Source: an uncultured archaeon
GTDB taxonomy: Archaea > Asgardarchaeota > Lokiarchaeia > Sigyniarchaeales > SOKP01
Reading direction: 5' to 3'
Length of the DNA: 24,174 bases
Assembly: GCA_964583985.1 (NCBI GenBank)
Contig: CAZOYD010000053.1
Span: 1-24,174 of the forward strand
Shown: positions 8,292 to 15,657 of the stretch, one piece after another
How the letters are laid out: every line of letters begins with the position of its first letter
Position numbering within the stretch: the first letter of the stretch is position 1
Translations under genes and position numbers: made by a program
The notes under the pieces: generated by a model
Told to the model about the DNA's origin: nothing
Databases searched by the model: none
What the model saw: the letters and a program-made list of their open reading frames with translations, nothing else

Positions 8292-8491
8292 AAGAATACT
8301 TTCAAAGAATAGTGACAAAACAGTAATCTAGTTTTTAAAAGAGTTTGATAGCAATATCCGTCGACTTTACGAGCACCGAAGATCCGTTATTAACCGGAAA
8401 TCCAATTTTGACGCATTATTCGCATTTTGGCATAAAGTACAACAAGAATATTTTCAAAGAGTGCTGCCGAAATAATAGTTTAATATTTAAA
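8292..8491 (+). repeat. Degenerate 48-bp direct repeat (8292-8339 and 8444-8491)
   Basis: Ungapped manual alignment gives 36/48 identities, with 16 of the first 17 nt identical (AAGAATA[C/T]TTTCAAAGA). Period is 152 bp. Confidence 0.75.
8332..8475 (+). pseudogene. Start-less gene 3' remnant
   Basis: Stop-to-stop frame FLKEFDSNIRRLYEHRRSVINRKSNFDALFAFWHKVQQEYFQRVLPK* with no ATG or upstream start. Its end is homologous to the upstream remnant ...KEEYFQRIVTKQ* (stop 8324-8326). Confidence 0.45.
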
Positions 8492-8542
8492 TACAAATTT
8501 CTTTATTATAAATGATATATAAATGACTTGAGGAGGAAGAAA

Positions 8543-9181
8543 TTGAAAGAAAATGAAAATGAATATGATCAATCACTTCGCATTTCTTTGCCCCCTCAGT
8601 CAGATCTGGACTTCGATGTGGAAACATGGTCGTATGCAATCAAAGGAAATAAAACCGCGGACGATTATTCCTTTGAAATTACCCAAATTATCTCTGGTTT
8701 TGCCACGCCCGAAGAAAAACAAACACAATTCTTACATAGCCGCTCCACGCGAAATTATTCGCTCTCAGAAGACGTTCGAAAGGAGAATAATGAAAAGCGT
8801 CTTGAAATGGAAGTAGAATTGATTCATAGAGCTTACCCCACTCTTATCGATTATGCCACCCATAAAAATTCCAGGCTCGCCTTTTTTATGGTTACAATCA
8901 GACTCATGGTCTATCGGATGGAAATCCCTCCCGATCTCAAGGAAAAAGTCCTTGAATACGCAAACTTTGAAAAATATGAAACGTTCCAGCTCTCCAGTCC
9001 TAAATTCATACACGCACGCAAGATGTACTTGGAAGATTTTAAACAGCGCGTCCGAAACCATCAGAAGGGAATGAAAACCCTGCTTCCGTTCGAATCCTTG
9101 GACGATGTCTATGAAAAAACACCCCCCGATGAATATGGCGATAGAATAGTCGCGCTCTCTGATATCGATTATTCCATCTGA
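8543..9181 (+). CDS. Hypothetical protein, GC-elevated orphan
   Basis: Long ORF. AGGAGG (8531-8536) lies 6 nt before the in-frame TTG 8543, favouring that start over 8528. About 42% GC by hand count over 8581-9180. Confidence 0.75.
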   Translation: MKENENEYDQSLRISLPPQSDLDFDVETWSYAIKGNKTADDYSFEITQIISGFATPEEKQTQFLHSRSTRNYSLSEDVRKENNEKRLEMEVELIHRAYPTLIDYATHKNSRLAFFMVTIRLMVYRMEIPPDLKEKVLEYANFEKYETFQLSSPKFIHARKMYLEDFKQRVRNHQKGMKTLLPFESLDDVYEKTPPDEYGDRIVALSDIDYSI

Positions 9182-9212
9182 GGGTATCTCTAAGAATCTC
9201 TAAGCACTTTCG

Positions 9213-9680
9213 TTACTGCATATTTTTAATTCCTTTGTAATAATAAATAAGACCTGCAATAAAACAAACTGCACCAAAACTAGGGATAAAATATATAGTA
9301 AATGATACCATGTATGCTAAAAATACTAATAGAAGGATGAACCACGAACCCAGTAAAAGTTTCTTGTTAAGTATCTTTGGATTCTTTACACGAGAAGTAA
9401 TTAAAAAGAGGATAACTGAAATTCCCAGTATTAACATGATCAAAATGCATATCAATCTCCAGGTATTTGCTAATACGAATGAATTGAGTGAACTATCAAA
9501 AATGAATTGAAATATAGTGCCAATATTACCCATGTTACCATAATTCGCTACTAAACCAAACATCCATAAATTTATATAACTCATCCCACCACCAGCAAGT
9601 ACTTGAAAATGACTAGGAAAAAAAATTGATAACAAAAAGCAAAGACTTCCTATCTGAAAAAAATCTGAAAAAGATTTCAT
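9213..9680 (-). CDS. Integral membrane protein, about 4 TM helices
   Basis: Hydrophobic segments FFQIGSLCFLLSIFF, LICILIMLILGISVILFLIT, LLLGSWFILLLVFLAYMVSF and FGAVCFIAGLIYYY, with a basic loop RVKNPKILNKK. Confidence 0.8.
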   Translation of the reverse strand: MKSFSDFFQIGSLCFLLSIFFPSHFQVLAGGGMSYINLWMFGLVANYGNMGNIGTIFQFIFDSSLNSFVLANTWRLICILIMLILGISVILFLITSRVKNPKILNKKLLLGSWFILLLVFLAYMVSFTIYFIPSFGAVCFIAGLIYYYKGIKNMQ

Positions 9681-9866
9681 ATGTGCAATTATAAGGTAGT
9701 TCTTTTTTTAAATTTTAATGATTATAAGGGGGTATTTTTTATATACTCACACAAGATCAAGCGAGTCCTGTCATTAAAGATGGAACGGAAATTTAAGCAT
9801 TATGATTAAATTAGATTTCAAAAGGTAGAAAGTGATTTTACGGTATAATCTGGTGAATAGAATAGA

Positions 9867-10385
9867 TTAATCCTTTTGAAATACAATCATGAATTCACAA
9901 TAATCATTACCTGATTGTAAACCGCAATCAACCTCTTGAGCAAAACAATGAATATTTATCAAGTGTTCTACAATACCCGCAAGCATTCCCGCTTCAAAAG
10001 CACAAAAACTCCCCTCTGTTTTTATCCCTTTATTAAGGAGGTCCTTAATGGAGGAATGACCTCTTAGTCTTAGATTAATTATCTCATCGCTACTGTCGAT
10101 AATCTCCATTTCACCTATATTAAACTCTTTGATGATATCTCTCAAAGCGTTAGGAATTTGGGATACATCCTTCAATTGTCTTGTTTTTAAGATTGTCCCG
10201 AGTTCATGACCTAAGTAATAAAATATGGCTTCCAGTTGATGCCCTAATTCTATGGTATCTAAGAAATTTAGAATCACATTTTACCGTGCTAGTAAGGCTC
10301 CAACTTTCATGTCTCCAATTTCTTTTCCTTCTTTAAGGTGCTTTTTCATTTGGGTTAAAATTTTAGATAGCAATTTTCTATCCAT
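9867..10385 (-). CDS. V4R (4-vinyl reductase/Bet3-like fold) domain protein, interrupted by one in-frame TAA at 10281-10283
   Basis: V4R motifs IFYYLGHELG, FNIGEMEI, FCAFEAGMLAGIV, EVDC...GNDYCEF. ATG 10385 is in frame with the track ORF (GTG 10277): MDRKLLSKILTQMKKHLKEGKEIGDMKVGALLAR*NVILNFLD... Confidence 0.82.
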
Positions 10386-10427
10386 TTTTCCACATCCATT
10401 TTTTATAATTTTTGATATATTATATTC

Positions 10428-10724
10428 TTACTGAAGTGTAACTGAGGAGATAAATCCCAATAAAATTGCATCAATAATATCTTCTTCTTGGATATTTATT
10501 GATAATCTTTTCTCAGCAATTATTAGTGTTGGTAAGGCGGTTATTTTGTATTTTTGAGTTAACATGTAATTCTTGCTCACATCTATCTTTTCAATATATA
10601 ATTTTTTTCCGAACATGGAAATATTTATTCTTTTTAACATTTCTTCCACAGGTTTGCAAGGTGCACAATGTACCGATGAAAATAACAATATTTTTGGATA
10701 TCCTTCCCTGAAAGCTTCAGACAT
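10428..10724 (-). CDS. Thioredoxin family protein (CAPC active site)
   Basis: LLFSSVHCAPCKPV, KIDV, KYKITALPTLII (cis-Pro loop). AGGATGA SD-like sequence upstream. Confidence 0.9.
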   Translation of the reverse strand: MSEAFREGYPKILLFSSVHCAPCKPVEEMLKRINISMFGKKLYIEKIDVSKNYMLTQKYKITALPTLIIAEKRLSINIQEEDIIDAILLGFISSVTLQ

Positions 10725-10763
10725 GTATCATCCTTGCCAAACCAGTATGATTCAAATAATTTC

Positions 10764-11309
10764 TTATAGATCTTTAAACTTTTCATATAAATTACTAATG
10801 ATCGCTTGAAATGCTTCATATACACCATTTCCAGTTTTGGCAGATGTTTTATAATACCCCAGAAATTTTCTATCTTTTGTAAATTTTATCGCTTTTTCAT
10901 CGTGAAGCTTCTCAGGGGGCATTAAATCAATTTTATTCCCGAATAATATAATAGGTATATTTCCACAATATTTCTTAATATCCTCATGCCATTCTCCTAC
11001 ATCATCAAAACTATCTTCTTCTCCCGGGGCGTGTGAGAATACTATTATTGCTGCTTTACTACCCTTATAAAAAGTAGGTCGCATGAAGCTAAATTGGGAT
11101 TGCCCAGCGATATCCCAGAAAAATAACTTTACGGTATTTCCCTTAATTTTTTCATCGTATTTGGAGAATTGGGCACCTAATGTCTTAATATATTCTTTTT
11201 GAAAGCTTCCTTTTGTATATTTCCGTATTAAGCTCGTTTTTCCGACCCCGCCATTGCCGATTACGGTGATCTTGAAGACAAAATCCTTTCTGACATCGTT
11301 ATCGTTCAT
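10764..11309 (-). CDS. Rab/Ras-like small GTPase
   Basis: G1 GNGGVGKT, G2 YIKTLG, G3 WDIAGQ, G4 NKID, G5 SAK. ATG 11309 (preceded by GTGA) is preferred over TTG 11324. Confidence 0.95.
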   Translation of the reverse strand: MNDNDVRKDFVFKITVIGNGGVGKTSLIRKYTKGSFQKEYIKTLGAQFSKYDEKIKGNTVKLFFWDIAGQSQFSFMRPTFYKGSKAAIIVFSHAPGEEDSFDDVGEWHEDIKKYCGNIPIILFGNKIDLMPPEKLHDEKAIKFTKDRKFLGYYKTSAKTGNGVYEAFQAIISNLYEKFKDL

Positions 11310-11477
11310 AATATCACATTTCAATATAATTCCGTGTCTCTATTAAAAAAATTTACGCAATATTTTAAATACAAAATAATATAATGATTTTTTAATAAAT
11401 ATAATAAAATTAATTCCTTTAAAGTTTTACAAAGAGATTATATAATTTCATATAAACATGAAAGAGAATGAAAACTG

Positions 11478-11966
11478 ATGGATAATTTCTTGAGAACGGA
11501 AAATATAATTCACCAATTAATAAAGAATGATTTATCTATTGCTGTTGCAGAATCTTGTACGGGGGGATATGTTTCAAATATGTTTACAAATATTTCAGGA
11601 GCTTCAAAAACATTTGAACGTGGAATTGTTTGCTATAGTAATGAAGCGAAAATTTCGGTTTTGAATGTAGATCCCAAAACAATAGAGGTATTTGGTGCAG
11701 TCTCAGAGGAAGTTGCACGGCAACTTGCCTTTAATTTACGCATTTTATCAAACGTTGATATAAGCGTGAGTATCACGGGTATAGCTGGTCCGACGGGTGG
11801 AACAAATGAGAAACCAATTGGTTTAGTTTATATTTCTTTCTCCACCGAAGAAGAAACAATTGTATATCAATATAATTTTCAGACTAATAGATTAGAATTT
11901 AAAAAGAGAGTGTTTGAGGAAATTTTAAAATGGTTTGAAAACATTCTCGATATAGATAATTTATAG
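11478..11966 (+). CDS. cinA: CinA C-terminal domain protein / NMN deamidase (PncC-like)
   Basis: IAVAESCTGG, YSNEAK, GAVSEEVA, SITGIAGPTGG..EKPIGLVYI. Confidence 0.93.
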   Translation: MDNFLRTENIIHQLIKNDLSIAVAESCTGGYVSNMFTNISGASKTFERGIVCYSNEAKISVLNVDPKTIEVFGAVSEEVARQLAFNLRILSNVDISVSITGIAGPTGGTNEKPIGLVYISFSTEEETIVYQYNFQTNRLEFKKRVFEEILKWFENILDIDNL

Positions 11967-11968
11967 AG

Positions 11969-13153
11969 CTATGAGATGAATTTACCCTGACTCATGACGG
12001 ATTTTTTTGTTCCATCGCCATATTCTACTGTAATATTTACATTAGGTGTTGTGACGAAATCCCAATGCATTTGTGAAACCGAGGTCCCTGCCATCATCTT
12101 GTTTCCACCAAAAGCAACGTGCACGCTACCATTTATCTTTTCATCGGTTAAAATGTACCCGATTGCTTTGTTTATTTTTGGATTGCATCCAATGCCCAAT
12201 TCTGCAACGTTATAAGTTCTTAATTCAGGCACGTTATTTTCTCTATCAATCTCTTCGCACTGTATAAAGCTTTCCTTTAATACATCTATATCATTATATG
12301 CCGTAACTTTATCCATTTGAAGTTTTCCTTGTTTAAAGACTAAATTTATTCCCTTTATTATTTTATTGGTATATCTATCCTTAGTTAATGGACAAAATAT
12401 GGTTCCCTCACCCATTGTTTCAATAGGAGGAAAAAATACCTCACCTGCGGGTAAATTTCCACCTAAATCTCCAGCAGCAATTTGATCATCTGATATAAAC
12501 CCATCATCAAGGATTTTAGTTCTACCTTCTACTGAAATCCAAAAATCAGTTCCTAAATCATCCGTTACGTATATTTTCTTTGCATCATTAAAGAACTTAC
12601 CAATTTTAGTAGTAATTTCCTGTAATTCTTCAAGAGGTACGGCTGTCCCATCAACAGTAAAACGCTCAAGCGTCTCATATTTAATTTCATAGAATTCAGC
12701 AGCTTTTTTTGAGGGCCAACCTGCATATATCCACTTTTTTCCAGGTGCGTACTCTTCCTTGGCTCCATATAAGATATCTCTAATTGGAGCTAAAGCCTTT
12801 CCTTTTGCTTTTAGCTTATCACGAGGGATGTTTAGATTGATAGCTGGATTCTCTAGGGGTTCTATGACTATATATGCATCTATATTTTCAATAAATTTCA
12901 TATAATGCTTGTGCGGTGTTTTTAATGTTTTTATGGTAATATCCGGATCTTGATATATGGATTGTTGATAATAATCAGTTGTATATGAAATTTGAGGTAA
13001 TCCCCCTTTCCTATAAACTTCCAATCCGATTTCTTCCAATAATTCATAAGCATACGTACCTCCAGTAATATATATACATTCACCTTCCTTTTTGATATTG
13101 ATGGCATTAACAATATTTTTTGCACAGAGCTTCATTTTATTTTTCGAAATCAT
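11969..13153 (-). CDS. M29 family aminopeptidase (AmpS/PepS-like)
   Basis: NLPAGEVF, AELGIGCN, DEKINGSVHVAFG and HWD metal-ligand motifs. Confidence 0.9.
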   Translation of the reverse strand: MISKNKMKLCAKNIVNAINIKKEGECIYITGGTYAYELLEEIGLEVYRKGGLPQISYTTDYYQQSIYQDPDITIKTLKTPHKHYMKFIENIDAYIVIEPLENPAINLNIPRDKLKAKGKALAPIRDILYGAKEEYAPGKKWIYAGWPSKKAAEFYEIKYETLERFTVDGTAVPLEELQEITTKIGKFFNDAKKIYVTDDLGTDFWISVEGRTKILDDGFISDDQIAAGDLGGNLPAGEVFFPPIETMGEGTIFCPLTKDRYTNKIIKGINLVFKQGKLQMDKVTAYNDIDVLKESFIQCEEIDRENNVPELRTYNVAELGIGCNPKINKAIGYILTDEKINGSVHVAFGGNKMMAGTSVSQMHWDFVTTPNVNITVEYGDGTKKSVMSQGKFIS

Positions 13154-13303
13154 AAATCAAAAAAGGATGAATGTTAATTAAAAGCTTATTATCATAAAAA
13201 GCTCTCTGAGAGTTAAATCAAAGAATTTATTAGATCTGAAGGTTATTCTTTGATTATCCCTACGTAATAAAATAATATTATTAATAAAGAGGACAACTTT
13301 GAA

Positions 13304-13768
13304 ATGGTGATAAGAGAAGCTGGATTGCTCTTTAGAGGTTTCACACTAGTGAAAAAAAGTTATCATAAATCGACATTAGGAAAAATTGACTCCGATTTAC
13401 GTAGTGGGTTATTAACTGCAATATTAAATTTTGCTGAATCTGCTATATCTAAAGATTTTGTTGAATATTTTGAAGGAAAGAAATATATAATTGCTTTTAA
13501 GAAGAATCAAATCATGGCAGATGATAGTATTGAACCTGAACTTTTAATATCTTATGCCATTATGGATAAAGAGAAACGAGTAGATAAATATACTCGTAAA
13601 ATTATCCAACCAGCACTAACATTAGTTGCCCAAGAGTTTATCTCTAAAAATTCAGGAAAAAATTTATCAGAAATAACTCAATTTAAATATTTTAAACAAC
13701 AACTAGACCAGATATTCGGATCTGATACAAAGAACATTGATCAGAAACTTCAAGGATTATTTTATTGA
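13304..13768 (+). CDS. Longin-like domain protein
   Basis: Order of beta-beta (IREAGLLFRGFTLVKKSY), helix (DSDLRSGLLTAILNFAESA), three strands (VEYFEG, YIIAFK, LISYAIMD) and C-terminal helices fits the longin topology. Confidence 0.65.
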   Translation: MVIREAGLLFRGFTLVKKSYHKSTLGKIDSDLRSGLLTAILNFAESAISKDFVEYFEGKKYIIAFKKNQIMADDSIEPELLISYAIMDKEKRVDKYTRKIIQPALTLVAQEFISKNSGKNLSEITQFKYFKQQLDQIFGSDTKNIDQKLQGLFY

Positions 13769-14727
13769 TGTTTTTTTTTATTCAATTGCTTAGTTTTAAG
13801 GTATAACAAAATAATAGGTAATACTATTGTAGCATCCGAAATTACTGTTGAATATTGAGCTTTTTCCGCTACCTTTCCCCATGATTTGGCTTCCTGTAAT
13901 GTTGCACCACTCAATCCTCCAGGTTCTGGACGATCCATCGTAATTTGAATCGCATAGTTTGCAGAATTTGGACAAAATTGGAGTGATTGTAATATGAAAT
14001 TTTTAGGAACTCCGCCCCCTATAATGCAGACTCCTGCTTTCTTCGAATCCCAAGCGAGATCAACCATTTTTAACATGTCTTTAAAATGGTTTAAATTTAG
14101 ATTTTGATGATGAAATCCAAGTTGTAAGGCTAAACCCGAATCAGTAAATGCTGGACAAAATATTGGAACGTTTTTTTCTGCACATATTTTTAATATTGAA
14201 TTAGAATTAGCTGGTAATTCCTCTCCTAAAAACTTCAAGAATTCACTCACAGGCATGTTATTGTCAGCTATATTCAGATTTGAAACAAAATCTTCTATTC
14301 CTTCATAAACGTTATTGGGCAGGAATACATCGTAGATCCGATTAATTTCTTCATCGTGTAATTTAACATCATTAACTTCGCTTAAATCGATATTACCTTG
14401 AAGATGATGATATCCCAAGGTTTCTGCTATATCATGAGTTAAGCTTGCACCTGTTGTAACAAGGATATCTATAAATCCCTCCTCAATAAAGTCATGAATT
14501 ATTCCTTGAAATCCTGCAGGAATTAGAGCTCCAGCAAGTCCAAAAAATTTAGTACAATCGTTATCATTTATCATTGCTTCATAAATTTCACAAGCAATTG
14601 CTAAACGTTTAGCACTGAATCCCGTATTAGATAAATTTTCAATGAGAGAGGTAATATCCGTGTCTTCCTTAATTTTAAATTGCTTTACTTCTTTTAAATT
14701 ATTTTTCATTTCTGGTTTTGGTGTCAT
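13762..14727 (-). CDS. dys: Deoxyhypusine synthase
   Basis: GFSAKRL, LVTTGASLTHD, INRIYDVF, PAFTDSGLA, IGGGVPKNF, GGLSGATLQEAKSWGK (catalytic Lys), SDATIVLP. Confidence 0.96.
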   Translation of the reverse strand: MTPKPEMKNNLKEVKQFKIKEDTDITSLIENLSNTGFSAKRLAIACEIYEAMINDNDCTKFFGLAGALIPAGFQGIIHDFIEEGFIDILVTTGASLTHDIAETLGYHHLQGNIDLSEVNDVKLHDEEINRIYDVFLPNNVYEGIEDFVSNLNIADNNMPVSEFLKFLGEELPANSNSILKICAEKNVPIFCPAFTDSGLALQLGFHHQNLNLNHFKDMLKMVDLAWDSKKAGVCIIGGGVPKNFILQSLQFCPNSANYAIQITMDRPEPGGLSGATLQEAKSWGKVAEKAQYSTVISDATIVLPIILLYLKTKQLNKKKHQ

Positions 14728-14742
14728 GGATTTTCTCGAATT

Positions 14743-15648
14743 TTAGGTTGAAATAAATGAAATAAACTCGATTAATAATTTAGCTGCTAAATTAGATGTC
14801 ATTCTATTAGGAGCGTCCAAATTCGGTGATACTTCGACTAAATCACACCCGATTATTTTAAATTTTTTTGTCACCATTCTTAATAATTGCCATAATTCTC
14901 GATATGAAAGTCCTCCCGGTATAGCATATCCTGTACCAGGAGCAACTGATGGGTCTAATACGTCAATGTCTATTGAAATATAAAGAGATCCTATTCGAGA
15001 ATTCTGAAAGAATGAGATGATATCATTCACTAAACTTTCAAATCCAAGATCTGAAAAAAGAAATGCATCAAAATGAGTAATCCCTTCTTCATTAGCAATT
15101 TTCATCTCGGGTATATCTATATCTCTTGTCCCGACTAATAATAGATTTTTTTTGTTGATTTGTTCCAAATCATAAATTCGGTGTGAAACTGTCGCATGGG
15201 AGTAAGCAGCTTTATCCCATTCATCATATAAATCTAGATGGGCATCAAATATTAAGACACCAATATTTTCATCTGTGATGACTTCCTTACATATTGTTTT
15301 TACTACAGGGAATGTGCAGAAATGATCTCCTCCAATCATGACAGGGATAATGTTTTTTTTCTGTTTATAAATAGCTTTTATGAATTCTTTAATTCCTTTA
15401 AGATTTTTCTCAGTATTCAAGGGATCTATTGTTACATCTCCTATGTCTGCAACTTTTAAATTTGGAATTTCAAAACCCATTTCGGTGGTCAATGCCAAAT
15501 CTTCAGTTACTTCTCGTATTTTTTCAGGTGCCGTTGAAGAATTGACATTGTCTTTTGAACTTAAATAATCCCATGGAATTCCAAAAATTACAAATTCAGT
15601 ATCTGATGTTATTTCATCACCAAAATCATAAAATTTCAAATCAATCAC
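14743..15648 (-). CDS. speB: Agmatinase / ureohydrolase family protein
   Basis: GIPWD, GGDHFCT, FDAHLD, SHAT, SIDIDVLDPSVAPGTG, DLVEVSP. GTG start. Confidence 0.92.
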   Translation of the reverse strand: MIDLKFYDFGDEITSDTEFVIFGIPWDYLSSKDNVNSSTAPEKIREVTEDLALTTEMGFEIPNLKVADIGDVTIDPLNTEKNLKGIKEFIKAIYKQKKNIIPVMIGGDHFCTFPVVKTICKEVITDENIGVLIFDAHLDLYDEWDKAAYSHATVSHRIYDLEQINKKNLLLVGTRDIDIPEMKIANEEGITHFDAFLFSDLGFESLVNDIISFFQNSRIGSLYISIDIDVLDPSVAPGTGYAIPGGLSYRELWQLLRMVTKKFKIIGCDLVEVSPNLDAPNRMTSNLAAKLLIEFISFIST

Positions 15649-15657
15649 TCTCTAATG

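Noticed and set aside
8292-8491. Repeat pair as a CRISPR array
   Set aside because: Only two degenerate copies, a 104-nt spacer, no cas genes, and the repeats read as coding ends.
9750-9780. Minus-strand hairpin beginning AUGA (ATGACAGGACTCGCTTGATCTTGTGTGA) downstream of V4R as a SECIS
   Set aside because: There is no apical AA, the stem is too short, and the upstream gene has TAA rather than TGA.
10281-10283. Genome-wide reassignment of TAA
   Set aside because: Most genes in the window terminate correctly at TAA.
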